DNA of 64,000 nucleotides from Leptolyngbyaceae cyanobacterium (lineage in GTDB: Bacteria; Cyanobacteriota; Cyanobacteriia; Phormidesmidales; Phormidesmidaceae): contig CBDHHL010000032.1 in assembly GCA_965263355.1 (NCBI GenBank), forward strand, positions 32,001 through 96,000. Direction: 5' to 3'. Below the pieces are notes generated by a model that saw nothing but the letters and a program-made list of their open reading frames with translations, was not told the DNA's origin and made no database searches. Below are positions 1 to 9,670 of this stretch, one piece after another; position 1 is the first letter of the stretch; the number at the start of each line of letters is the position of its first letter. A program made the position numbers and the translations under genes.

Positions 1-12
1 GCCCAGCAGCTG

Positions 13-1254
13 ATGCGTATGCAAACCATGGAGCAACAGGGGGAAGTGATTTTAGCAAACCTGGTGGAACGTCTGAGTAATCAGCTGGGCGGTCATCAAT
101 TGGGTCAGGCACCTACACCTACGGGTACGCCATTGTCCAGCGCTTTGGATAATCGTCCCCTGAAGGATGGGGGGACGGTGGCAGACAGTCGTGCTTATGT
201 GGAGCGTCCCCGTCCTGACCAGGTAGCTGGAGCTACTCGTCGGGTAGTGCCCTCCTACGGTGGCCAAACTGTTGGTGGCCAAACCGTTAATCCATCACCT
301 GTATTGGTAAGTGAGCCAAGGCGAGATCGCAACTTGAAAAAAGGAATGGTACTTTCTGCCATTGCTACCCTTGGTTTTGCTGTCATTACAGTACTTGTCG
401 GGGGACTAAGTCTGGGCAGTAATGTCTTTGGCTTACCATTAAACGGTCTCGATAGCTTTAGTTTCTTTAATGCCAACGCCTTGCTATGGCTACAGCTAGT
501 GATGCTAATACCGGCTCTGGCAGTGATGGCTCCACAGCTCTATCGTTCGGTATGGCGAGATATGGGGCAGTCGGTGCGCTCTACACCTCGGCTATTTGCT
601 CTGATTGGTAGCGGCGTATTTTACTTTTTTGCGCAGGTTTTGTTATTTCAAGCGGCTGGCACTCTAGGGCCCTCTGTTGCAGCCCCCTTACTGTTTACCT
701 ATCCGTTATTAGTGGTGCCCCTATTGTGGTGGCTCAATGGTGATCGGCCCAATCTTTTGAGGGGTTTGGTGATGTTGGCCATCGCTATGGGGGGAGTTTT
801 AATTTTACGACCCCTATCGTTATCGAGTGCTGGGGCTGCGCTTTTGTCAGCGGTAGCGTTTGCCCTATATGTCGTGACCAATAATCTTAACAGCCGACAG
901 AGTCATCCTATTGCAGCTGGACTAATTCAGCACTGCATAATGGCGCTTCTCAGTAGCGTTATTCTGTTGATCCGGCCCCTGGTCGTGACCCAGGATCTTA
1001 CCGGGCAATTTGTTGTAGGCGGGCTGTCCCTTGGGTTAGTCGCTAGTATTAGCTACTTTTTCTATTACACAGGTCTACGGTTGGTGGGTGGCCTACGCAC
1101 AGCCCTGATTGCATCGGCAACACCGTTAGTAACTGCTCTATTGGCTATTTTTTTACTGCCCAATCAGCCCATTTTGCAACTGATTCAGTGGCCTGGGATT
1201 ATTCTTATTAGCCTGGGCGGTATGGCGTTAGCACTTGATCGCCTCAATCGATAA
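13..1254 (+). CDS. EamA/DMT family transporter with long soluble N-terminal region (probably 5'-partial, frame open to window edge)
   Basis: About 10 hydrophobic helices in two EamA-like repeats (LLFTYPLL; ASATPLVTALLA) after a P/Q-rich linker. Confidence 0.75.
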   Translation: MRMQTMEQQGEVILANLVERLSNQLGGHQLGQAPTPTGTPLSSALDNRPLKDGGTVADSRAYVERPRPDQVAGATRRVVPSYGGQTVGGQTVNPSPVLVSEPRRDRNLKKGMVLSAIATLGFAVITVLVGGLSLGSNVFGLPLNGLDSFSFFNANALLWLQLVMLIPALAVMAPQLYRSVWRDMGQSVRSTPRLFALIGSGVFYFFAQVLLFQAAGTLGPSVAAPLLFTYPLLVVPLLWWLNGDRPNLLRGLVMLAIAMGGVLILRPLSLSSAGAALLSAVAFALYVVTNNLNSRQSHPIAAGLIQHCIMALLSSVILLIRPLVVTQDLTGQFVVGGLSLGLVASISYFFYYTGLRLVGGLRTALIASATPLVTALLAIFLLPNQPILQLIQWPGIILISLGGMALALDRLNR

Positions 1255-1283
1255 AATCGCTCACAAGTAACAGGTTTTAAGAA

Positions 1284-1370
1284 CGGAGAGAGAGGGATTC
1301 GAACCCTCGAATGAGTCACCCCATTACAGCATTTCCAGTGCTGCGCCTTCGACCACTCGGCCATCTCTCC
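1284..1370 (-). tRNA. trnS: tRNA-Ser(GGA)
   Basis: Reverse complement GGAGAGATGGCCGAGTGGTCGAAGGCG-CAGCA CT GGA AA TGCTG-long variable arm-GAGGGTTCGAATCCCTC-TCTCTCCG; 87 nt. Confidence 0.97.
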
Positions 1371-1498
1371 AGGGACATATTTGCTAGAGAATTAAATCCT
1401 ATAGCCAAAATATCCTAGCAGAAAGTGGAACGTATTTCATGGGACCATCGCATTTCATGCGACTATTGCAGGGCAATGCTGCTTTTTAACTTGTTTTT

Positions 1499-1867
1499 AT
1501 GACCCAAACTCATACTATTCATATTCATCATCGTCAAAGAAATTGTCACTACACAGCTCAGGTCCCTGAAGATCGGTATATATTGCACACGGCAGAAAAC
1601 CAAGGGGCTGATTTGCCCTTTGCCTGTCGCAATGGGGCATGCACTACCTGTGCTGTACGTATTTTGTCGGGTGACGTTGAGCAACCGGAAGCCATGGGAT
1701 TGTCCCCTGCCCTACGGGAAAAGGGCTATGCGCTTCTCTGTGTTAGCTATCCTCGCACTGATTTATATGTTGAAACCCAGGACGAAGATGAAGTCTACGA
1801 GCAGCAATTTGGCCGTTACTTCGGCAAAGGTAAAGTACGGTTTGGTTTACCCCTCGATGAGGATTAA
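1499..1867 (+). CDS. 2Fe-2S ferredoxin with C-terminal extension (Fed2/FdC2-like)
   Basis: CRNGACTTC...C motif; tail YEQQFGRYFGKGKVRFGLPLDED. Confidence 0.9.
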   Translation: MTQTHTIHIHHRQRNCHYTAQVPEDRYILHTAENQGADLPFACRNGACTTCAVRILSGDVEQPEAMGLSPALREKGYALLCVSYPRTDLYVETQDEDEVYEQQFGRYFGKGKVRFGLPLDED

Positions 1868-1911
1868 ACGGTAGGGTGGGCATGGCCCACTTTGCATAAT
1901 TGTGGTTATAC

Positions 1912-2745
1912 ATGAATAACACACCCACCACCGAAGATTTACAGCGTTTTTTAGACGTAGCCACCGAAGCCGCCATGGCCGGAGGGGCTGTGCTGCAAAA
2001 CTATTGGGGAAACCTATCGTCGATTCAAGAAAAAGGGCGATCTGGTGATTTGGTTACCGAGGCCGATCGCGCCTCTGAGGTAGCAGTCTTGGATGTGATC
2101 AAGCGTCATTTTCCTGACCATGCCATTTTGGCCGAAGAATCTGGGCAATTAGGGCAGAGTGGTAGCCCATTGCTCTGGGCCATTGATCCGTTGGATGGGA
2201 CTACCAACTATGCCCATGGGTATCCCCTTTGTGCGGTTTCCATTGGGTTACTAGTGGCTGGGGTGCCCATGGTAGGGGTGGTTTATAACCCAATTTTGGC
2301 TGATCTCTATCGGGCGGCTAAAGGCTTGGGAGCGACTCATAACCGTCAACCCATTCAGGTTTCAACGACGGCGCATCTATCTGAGAGCCTATTGGTGACA
2401 GGGTTTGCCTATGACCGTCGTGAAACCATTGATAATAACTATGCTGAATTTTGTCATTTTACCCATTTGACCCAAGGGGTACGACGAGGTGGGTCAGCGT
2501 CTGTTGACTTAGCCCATGTGGCCTGTGGTTGTTTGGACGGCTATTGGGAACGGGGGTTATCGCCTTGGGACCTGGCGGCAGGTGTGGTGTTGGTGGAAGA
2601 AGCAGGGGGGCAGATTAGTGCCTATGATGGCAGTCCCTTTGATATATACTCTGGCAGACTGGTGGCGACCAATGGCCCATTGCATCAGTCTATTGTGCAA
2701 AACCTAGGACAAGTGCAGCCTTTCCCCCAATTTAAGCCTATTTAG
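1912..2745 (+). CDS. suhB: Inositol monophosphatase family protein
   Basis: DLVTEAD, ILAEE, WAIDPLDGTTNY, WDLAAG motifs. Confidence 0.92.
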   Translation: MNNTPTTEDLQRFLDVATEAAMAGGAVLQNYWGNLSSIQEKGRSGDLVTEADRASEVAVLDVIKRHFPDHAILAEESGQLGQSGSPLLWAIDPLDGTTNYAHGYPLCAVSIGLLVAGVPMVGVVYNPILADLYRAAKGLGATHNRQPIQVSTTAHLSESLLVTGFAYDRRETIDNNYAEFCHFTHLTQGVRRGGSASVDLAHVACGCLDGYWERGLSPWDLAAGVVLVEEAGGQISAYDGSPFDIYSGRLVATNGPLHQSIVQNLGQVQPFPQFKPI

Positions 2746-2857
2746 GCTATGTTCATACGTTTTTTTATTTCCAAGGCGGGCTAGACACAATCTATGTGTG
2801 TTTGGCGTCACTCCTATGACAGGTATTAAATGATAATACGGATAAACTAAGATTAGG

Positions 2858-3901
2858 TTGTCACAAACAGCGATCGCAAAGATGCAGGTTAACAGCGGAT
2901 TATTCAAGTTAGATCTAGTCGATCACCATGCAATTTTGGGAGTCCCTCTAGATGCTGATGCGAAACAAGTCAGGAAGCGTTATCTGAAGATTGCCCGGAA
3001 GCTGCATCCTGATAGTCTGCGAACGGCGACTGACGAACAAAAGCAGCAGGCCAGTGAGTTACTGTCTAAGTTGGTTAACCCAGCTTACGAAACCTTGAGT
3101 CAGGAAAGATTATCAGTTGAGCATAAGTTTAGCCTGAAACTTAAGGGTGAGCAGCTACAAGCCCAACCGTCGTTGCTGCCGTTTTCTACAGAACATGCCA
3201 AGAAAGTTGCCAATAGCAACAATGTAGACTATACGTACAACAATGCCTTGAAGGTTTTGGTGTTGGAACAGTATGAATCGCTAGATGATGTGCTTGATAT
3301 CATTGGTGCGATTAGCGAACTCAATGCAGCCTACGTTATGCGTCAAGGCGGAGCCCTAGCTCCAGATGATAAAAACGATGCCCAGCCGTCATCCGTTGAA
3401 GATAATGGCGCAGTCGCAGCAGAGAGCGAAGACAAGGTAACGGTACCGTCTCACCGTGAACGTCGGGCCCAGCTGATTGAAAGCTTTATCAAGCGAGCCA
3501 AAGAGTTTGAGTACAAGGGTAACTTCTCTCGGGCTATTGTCGAGCTGCGAGAAGCTGTTAAAGCCCATCCTCAAAATCCGCAATGCCATGCTGAGTTAGG
3601 CCGCCTATATATGCGGAGTAAGCAATTTAAGCTAGCCAGTATTCACACTAAGCAGGCCTTAAAGGTTGATCCTGAGAATCAGACTGCTACGGAGGTCAAG
3701 CAAAAGCTGGATGCTTATGCCAGGCGAATGTCAAAGGATACTTCCACGGCTCCGTCAAAAACTAGCAAGCCTTCTGCGAGTCCGTCCGTTAAGCGGGCCA
3801 GCGGTAAGTCTGGCGCTAAATCTGGCGGTTTACTTGATTCTCTACGCAATTTGCTGACTGGTTTACGTAACTGGTTTGTACGTTTGTTCGCTAACAAATA
3901 A
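2858..3901 (+). CDS. DnaJ (J-domain) protein with C-terminal TPRs
   Basis: KIARKLHPD J-domain HPD motif; TPR helices at about aa 205-280. Confidence 0.85.
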   Translation: MSQTAIAKMQVNSGLFKLDLVDHHAILGVPLDADAKQVRKRYLKIARKLHPDSLRTATDEQKQQASELLSKLVNPAYETLSQERLSVEHKFSLKLKGEQLQAQPSLLPFSTEHAKKVANSNNVDYTYNNALKVLVLEQYESLDDVLDIIGAISELNAAYVMRQGGALAPDDKNDAQPSSVEDNGAVAAESEDKVTVPSHRERRAQLIESFIKRAKEFEYKGNFSRAIVELREAVKAHPQNPQCHAELGRLYMRSKQFKLASIHTKQALKVDPENQTATEVKQKLDAYARRMSKDTSTAPSKTSKPSASPSVKRASGKSGAKSGGLLDSLRNLLTGLRNWFVRLFANK

Positions 3902-4065
3902 AGTTGACAGTTTTAAACCTTGTCCATAGTCAGAATGGTATCCAGAACGGTTATTTTTCCGGTGAAGAAGCCATCGGTTTCACTTGGACGTGGTTTAGAT
4001 TGCTAGTCGGTCATCCCCTAAAGCTTTAAGCTGGTATAAACGTAGAAACCGCAGCTAGTATAGCT

Positions 4066-5277
4066 ATGACCTACCAACCCCCAACGGGTGGACGCGATCT
4101 CTTCCCGGTAGATGTGGCGCAAAAGCGCTGGATTGAAGATCGCATTGAAGCCGTTTTCCAACGGTGGAGCTACCAAAGAATTATTACGTCCACCGTCGAA
4201 AGCATGGAGACGCTAATGGCGGGCGGTGCCATTCGACAATCTGAGGTGCTTGAACTCAACAGTCGAGGCGAACGTTTGGGACTGCGACCGGAACTCACGG
4301 CCTCTATCGCCCGTGCCGCTGTCACCCGTATTAGCAATTATCCCCAGCGGCTTTATTATCATGCCAATGTTTTTCGCCGGTCCTCCACCGGTAGTCAGGG
4401 CGGCCAGCAAGAGGCTTACCAGGCCGGTGTGGAGCTGTTAGGTGCTAGCGGTGCGTTGGCGGATGTTGAAGTCCTGTTAATTATGGCTGATTGCCTCCAG
4501 GCCTTAGGATTAGAAAACTGGCATTTGCTGTTGAGTGAGGCCAGTTTGACCGATTCTTTGTTAGCCCCGTTTCCGTCTGGAATTAGGGCGCAGGTCAAGG
4601 TGGCGATCGCAAATCTTGACCGTGTCACCCTGGAAACCCTGCCGCTGTCTGACGAATTGCAGACATTAGCGCTGACCATCATGGATTTACGGGGGCAGCC
4701 ACGTTCTGTGCTCACCCAAGTCAGTCAGCTTGAGTTGAGCGCTCAGCAACGGCAGAGCGTTAACGATCTTAAAAATCTAGTTGATTTGTTAGAGAACACC
4801 TTAACTGAAAACTCACCCCAATTAGTGCTTGATCTGAGCCTGATGCAAACCTTCGAATATTACACAGGCGTTGTTTTTGAAGCTGTAGTACGCACCGAGC
4901 ATACCTGTGAAGTTGTTGGCCAGGGCGGTCGTTATGACAATTTACTGAGCCTTTTCCATCCTGAGCACAAATCCTATCCAGGTGTGGGGTTTGTGCTTAA
5001 TGGTGAAACCTTGCAGCAGATTTTGTTGCCACACCTGCCGACCATGGTGTCTGCGAGTGATTGGCTAGTAGTTCCTGTCACCGCCGCCGCTGCCGCCGCC
5101 GCCATCACCCATGCCCAAACTCTGCGTCAGGCAGATGCCCTGACTCGAGTTGAACTCAGTCTGGACTCGTGCTTATCAGAAGATAGTCTGCGTCAGTTTG
5201 CGACTGAACGGAAAATAGCCAAAATAGCCTGGGTGTCAGACCAGGGAGAGGTCAGCGTAGAAAGCCTAACCGACTAG
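4066..5277 (+). CDS. hisZ: ATP phosphoribosyltransferase regulatory subunit
   Basis: PTGGRD, LRPELTASIAR, QAGVELLG, YYTGVVF, GGRYDNL; HisRS-like fold. Confidence 0.92.
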   Translation: MTYQPPTGGRDLFPVDVAQKRWIEDRIEAVFQRWSYQRIITSTVESMETLMAGGAIRQSEVLELNSRGERLGLRPELTASIARAAVTRISNYPQRLYYHANVFRRSSTGSQGGQQEAYQAGVELLGASGALADVEVLLIMADCLQALGLENWHLLLSEASLTDSLLAPFPSGIRAQVKVAIANLDRVTLETLPLSDELQTLALTIMDLRGQPRSVLTQVSQLELSAQQRQSVNDLKNLVDLLENTLTENSPQLVLDLSLMQTFEYYTGVVFEAVVRTEHTCEVVGQGGRYDNLLSLFHPEHKSYPGVGFVLNGETLQQILLPHLPTMVSASDWLVVPVTAAAAAAAITHAQTLRQADALTRVELSLDSCLSEDSLRQFATERKIAKIAWVSDQGEVSVESLTD

Positions 5278-5330
5278 CTATTGGTAGGGTACCAACACAA
5301 AGCAGGACGATTTATCGAGGGAGTTAGAGG

Positions 5331-5368
5331 TCGGAATGTGGAATTCGGAGGTCGGAATTCCGAATTCC
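5331..5368. repeat. Short tandem heptamer repeats (TCGGAAT family) with inverted copies
   Basis: tcggaat gtggaat tcggagg tcggaat tccgaat tcc. Confidence 0.7.
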
Positions 5369-5516
5369 AATCTAATCAAGACCTCCCAGTCAAAGCCGGT
5401 CTCTTATCCTTTAATCGCCCTTTAAGATAAACAAATGTAACTATTGCTCGTATATCTTTTGGGTGCGTAGCCTCGATAGATATACGTGTTGACGAACATT
5501 AAACCTAAGGAGCGCT

Positions 5517-5744
5517 GTGGCCCACTCTATTGTTACCGACGTTTGTGAAGGTGTTGCGGATTGCGTTGACGCCTGCCCTGTGGCCTGTATTCATGAGGGT
5601 CCCAAGAAAAACAAGAAAGGCACCGACTGGTATTGGATCGACTTCGATGTGTGTATTGATTGTGGCATTTGTCTACAGGTATGTCCGGTAGAAGGCGCGA
5701 TATTACCTGAAGAAAAACCTGATTTACAGAAAACACCGGTTTAA
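5517..5744 (+). CDS. Small bacterial-type 4Fe-4S dicluster ferredoxin
   Basis: CEGVADCVDACP and CIDCGICLQVCP; GTG start after aaggag RBS. Confidence 0.92.
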   Translation: MAHSIVTDVCEGVADCVDACPVACIHEGPKKNKKGTDWYWIDFDVCIDCGICLQVCPVEGAILPEEKPDLQKTPV

Positions 5745-5889
5745 TTTGAGCTAATCTAGGCTCAGTTTTAAAGACGAAAGGCGTTCGTGATGCGGAAACC
5801 TCTGCAATATGGCCGTTTTAGTTGGTTTAGTACTTGCGTCCTATATGGACCTGTGCTAAAAATACCTCGAAGTATTGATTTCTCTTGCT

Positions 5890-6165
5890 ATGAACAAAGG
5901 TGAATTGCTAGATACTGTGGCTGAGAAGGCCGGTGTTTCTAAGAAAGTTGCAGATGCTGTAGTGTCGGCAACCATTGAGTCCATTATGGAGGCTGTTTCC
6001 AGCGGTGATAAAGTGACCCTAGTGGGGTTTGGTAGTTTTGAACCTCGCGATCGCAAAGAGCGGGAAGGTCGCAATCCAAAGACGGGTGAGACGATGACAA
6101 TTCCAGCAACAACTGTACCTGCATTCTCCGCAGGTAAAGCATTCAAAGAAAAAGTTGCTGCTTAA
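5890..6165 (+). CDS. hup: DNA-binding protein HU
   Basis: MNKGEL..., GFGSF, GRNPKTGE, PAFSAGK. Confidence 0.96.
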   Translation: MNKGELLDTVAEKAGVSKKVADAVVSATIESIMEAVSSGDKVTLVGFGSFEPRDRKEREGRNPKTGETMTIPATTVPAFSAGKAFKEKVAA

Positions 6166-6222
6166 GATCAATTTCTCAATTTAGGTTAAAGGCATTAGGC
6201 TCAGACCAAAGCTTCAGTGACT

Positions 6223-6259
6223 ACGGCGTAGTTGTGCATCAGCCAACTGCGCCGTTTTA
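6223..6259 (+). terminator. Probable intrinsic terminator after HU
   Basis: Stem ACGGCGTAGTTG / CAACTGCGCCGT followed by T run. Confidence 0.6.
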
Positions 6260-6429
6260 CTGTTGCAATCGGAAGTAAATCTTTAGATCTGCTGTTCATT
6301 TATATCAAGTTGTGATGTTTTGAAGCTTTTTGGGCACTTTGAGGCGAACAGTGAGGTAACTCAAGTAGCTGCCCTGTCTGGTTTGTCTAATATTGGCTCA
6401 AGCCGATTGACTCGACGTTCACGATTCCC

Positions 6430-6870
6430 ATGCAACAGCTAGATTATTTTCAAGTGTTCCAGAATGATAAATCCATCGCAGCAGGCGTAAAATTGCCGTC
6501 GGGGCAGTTTGCTTTGAGCTGGTATGGTCTCTGTCATAGTCATGGTGTGTTTCCTAGTTTTGAAGTCTTTAAGGGAATGCAGGACAAACGTTCTGGGCGC
6601 ACGGTTCAAAATATGGATGCACCTTTGACGGCAACTGGTTGCTCAAGAACGTTTTATCTACAGCGCCATGAAGATTGGAGTGGTATTAGTGGCACAGGCC
6701 TAGTAGCAGTTGGGTTTGAGTTTGACCAATGGACCATGCTCCACTGGTTAGACCCCCATGGCTCTACGTTTTGGTATGAAAGTGTTGCGATGGTAGAGCG
6801 GGTTCATGGGCACGAAGGACGTACAGTTATTGCCCGATGTTTAACCCCTAGCGTTAGCTATGCCGTTTAG
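6430..6870 (+). CDS. Hypothetical protein (R-x-ED-x-SGISGTG...HGH motif, apparent internal duplication)
   Basis: 146-aa ORF; two halves with a similar A-x-G ... W ... S-x-E/M pattern. Confidence 0.65.
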   Translation: MQQLDYFQVFQNDKSIAAGVKLPSGQFALSWYGLCHSHGVFPSFEVFKGMQDKRSGRTVQNMDAPLTATGCSRTFYLQRHEDWSGISGTGLVAVGFEFDQWTMLHWLDPHGSTFWYESVAMVERVHGHEGRTVIARCLTPSVSYAV

Positions 6871-6896
6871 TTTTTCGTTTATATGCCTATCAACGA

Positions 6897-7661
6897 TTAC
6901 ATCGCTATACGATTGCGACCATCCTGCTTAGCAGAATACAGCCTACGATCAGCGCAGGCTAATAATTCAGGCCATGTCTTGCCATCCTTACCATAGGAGG
7001 CAATGCCAATAGAAACCGTTATACCTAAAGTCCCAAATACGCTTTGAACAGTTTTTGCAATAGCTACTGCAGCAATTGGGTTGTGGTTTGGGAGTACAGC
7101 AACAAACTCTTCACCACCACATCTAGCAATGCAATTATCAGACGTTTGAACAACAGAAAATAAGTACTCCCCAATTTTCTGAAGCAACTGGTCTCCCGCC
7201 AGATGGCCATAGGTATCGTTGTATTGCTTAAAATGATCAATATCAATTACCAAGAGCGATAGCTCATGCCCCAATGAAGAAGCCGTTGTACAGGCTTTCT
7301 CAATATAAGTTTTGAGGTATCTTCGATTATAGAGCCCCGTCAAAGCATCATGATTTACTTCATAAATTAATCGTTGATTCTCTCTTTGTAATTCTTCATG
7401 CTTCTTTTGAAGTAGCTGATTCTCTCTTTTTAACTCTTTATACTTTTTCTGAAGCAGTTGATGTGCTGTCTTTAGACTTTGATGCTCTTGGTTTAATAGT
7501 TTCCAAAACGACCTAAATACATTTAGCAAACCCAGGGCATAGCAATTCTTCGACTGACAACAACTTTGACTTTGCGGGGTTAAAGATTGTTTGTTTTCTG
7601 ACCACCTAAGTTGTATTGCTATTTGATGCGTAACTAGTGATAAAGCCATCTTCAAATTCAC
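6897..7661 (-). CDS. Diguanylate cyclase (GGDEF) with coiled coil; start uncertain
   Basis: DALTGLYNRR, DIDHFKQYNDTYGHLAGD, ARCGGEEF, SIGIA, AD..LY.AK..GRN. Confidence 0.9.
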   Translation of the reverse strand: MNLKMALSLVTHQIAIQLRWSENKQSLTPQSQSCCQSKNCYALGLLNVFRSFWKLLNQEHQSLKTAHQLLQKKYKELKRENQLLQKKHEELQRENQRLIYEVNHDALTGLYNRRYLKTYIEKACTTASSLGHELSLLVIDIDHFKQYNDTYGHLAGDQLLQKIGEYLFSVVQTSDNCIARCGGEEFVAVLPNHNPIAAVAIAKTVQSVFGTLGITVSIGIASYGKDGKTWPELLACADRRLYSAKQDGRNRIAM

Positions 7662-7720
7662 TTTCAGAAATCTTGATATAGAAACTTACTGTGATAAACC
7701 AAGTTGAATTCTAACCACTG

Positions 7721-7945
7721 TCATAGGTATAGACGCCTAGATTGCAACTTTCGATATAGTCTTCTAAAGACTGCTCTAAAGACCCTTAAAATACGCTGGA
7801 CTAGAGGACTTAACTCTTGACTCAGAATGTTAGCCAGAACTGAGACACACAGCTCAAAAAGAAACTCATACATCCGGAATGTCACCTTTGTTACGAAAAT
7901 GAATATTTTCTGCACAAATATCTTGAACTGAGTAATTTCGTTCAA
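7721..7945 (-). CDS. Small hypothetical protein
   Basis: 74-aa ORF with hydrophobic N-terminus and basic C-terminus, co-oriented with the GGDEF gene; no motif. Confidence 0.35.
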   Translation of the reverse strand: MNEITQFKIFVQKIFIFVTKVTFRMYEFLFELCVSVLANILSQELSPLVQRILRVFRAVFRRLYRKLQSRRLYL

Positions 7946-8059
7946 GTTGAATCCATTACCCTACAGAATGATCAAGATCACGTTTAAACACAAGACAATG
8001 TGTTAAACGCTCTCTCTAATTTAAGATTCTATAAAGTTGAAGCCCTCCGAGGAAATACC

Positions 8060-8099
8060 GGTTTTACGGTTTTCTGGTTTTTTGGTTTTCTGGCTTTTG
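8060..8099. repeat. Five tandem 8-bp repeats GG(T/C)TTTNN
   Basis: GGTTTTAC GGTTTTCT GGTTTTTT GGTTTTCT GGCTTTTG. Confidence 0.75.
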
Positions 8100-8578
8100 A
8101 CTGCTATCGGTTTTTACGTATAACAAAAATGGCGAAGGAGAAGACGACAAAGTATTTTTCCAAAAATCGTATAAACAGATACAAAAAAACGATGAGAGAT
8201 AACTACGTTCTTTCTCACAAAAGAAACACCGATAACAAGTAAATATACGTAAAAAGACTAGTATGCCTTTAGGTTAAATACGAAAACTTACGGTGTCTAA
8301 AAAGCTAAACAACCGGGTAATATCAATCCTACTTTTTCTCTATAAGCCCCTACTGTATTAGCCATATAGCTAATTTCAAAAAATAGAAAAATAAGTTTGT
8401 CAAAGCCAGTTCATTTTTGAAGATCTTTCAAAACCTATGATTTTCTTCAGTATTTTTACTGTTCCATGTATAAAATCAGTCACTTATTATCTGTGATTTT
8501 GCTCAAGAACCAGTTATTCGGCTTGCCAAATAACCAGATTGCTGGCCCATCTACACGAAGTTTTACGTAATCCATAAG

Positions 8579-8770
8579 ATGAGTAGACCAAAAAAGATAT
8601 CTAAGAACCAATCAGAAGCTCCCGAGGAAAAGCAAGTAAATTTATGTGTAAAGGTACCTCTGAGCTGGCGTCAGTGGTGGGTGGCTCACTCTAAGTTACA
8701 TGGAGTCACTATTACTGATGTCATCATTGAGTCACTAGCTGAAAAGTTTGGAGTTCCTGAAGAGCAGTAA
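8579..8770 (+). CDS. Small ribbon-helix-helix-like DNA-binding protein
   Basis: 63 aa; alternating strand QVNLCVKV, helix, G-turn (HGVTITDVIIESL), helix. Confidence 0.6.
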   Translation: MSRPKKISKNQSEAPEEKQVNLCVKVPLSWRQWWVAHSKLHGVTITDVIIESLAEKFGVPEEQ

Positions 8771-9054
8771 TGCGATGAGTGACATCGCTGGTTGCCTGGG
8801 CTGAGTAGGGCGGACAGGCTAATTGGCCACTGAAGATGGCGATGGTTTATTTGCGAACTTCTGGCAGGGTAGATGATGAAGAGGGGTGCCCTTGTGGGGA
8901 GCAGTGGTTTGGGTGGCCAGCCTCTAGCTGGCCACTAGATAGTACGAAATCCTGCTTGATAGCGCCCGGTATCGAAGGGCATCCACAAGGGAGTGCCCCT
9001 ACAGGCTTGTCCATTTTTAATCGGGTTTAATGAATTCGGATTTGTACAAGATGG

Positions 9055-9534
9055 CTAGGACTGAAAACGACGCCAGAGACCTAAGGTGATTAATGTGCCG
9101 AGGGATAATGCCCAGCCTAAATGGGAGGCGGTGCCGTAGTGGATGTCAGTGTTATGGCCATGGCTAATCAAGTCAGATGCCACACCGGCTTCATTCACTG
9201 GTACCGTCAAAATATCTCCGTGGCCCTGCTGTTCAATTTTTACTTCCCACTCTCCGGTCAGAGCCTGATCCGGACTAAAGCTAAACCGACCTTCATTATC
9301 CGTGACCCCTTGGGTCCAGGGTGAAACCGGATTATTAGGAGAATACACATTTACCTTAGCGCCCTTGAGGGGAGCCCCATTGCTAAAGGTGCTCTGCATC
9401 GTTAACACCTGTTGCGCTTGATTGTTAGACAGCTGGTCTAGCACATAGTTTGTCTCAACCATGTGAGCTGAAGATTTCCCAGCGACTGTAAGCAGCCCGA
9501 GTACTACAAAGGGGGTTAGTTTTCGAAGAGTCAT
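9055..9534 (-). CDS. Secreted/membrane-anchored carboxypeptidase-regulatory-like domain protein (NikL/CbiL-like metal-uptake accessory)
   Basis: Signal peptide ending SSA-H, FSNGAPLKGAKVNVYSP, G.TD.EGRFSF.P, GHGD, C-terminal TM helix. Confidence 0.6.
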   Translation of the reverse strand: MTLRKLTPFVVLGLLTVAGKSSAHMVETNYVLDQLSNNQAQQVLTMQSTFSNGAPLKGAKVNVYSPNNPVSPWTQGVTDNEGRFSFSPDQALTGEWEVKIEQQGHGDILTVPVNEAGVASDLISHGHNTDIHYGTASHLGWALSLGTLITLGLWRRFQS

Positions 9535-9670
9535 CTCACAAATTCCTAAAAAAAATTGACGCCTGGACCAGCTACTAGCGGAGCTAGCTAACAAAACATC
9601 CTAATGCTACCCTGCCAACCCTATAAATGTGTATTCAACGATGGCATATTGCTACTCCCTACTCCCCTAC

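Noticed and set aside
1284..1370. tRNA-Ser as an integration site
   Set aside because: No duplicated tRNA 3' end or tyrosine integrase noticed nearby; flanks are housekeeping genes.
8000..8242. 80-aa ORF in the AT-rich gap
   Set aside because: Runs through the 8-bp repeat array and has biased composition; more likely regulatory DNA.
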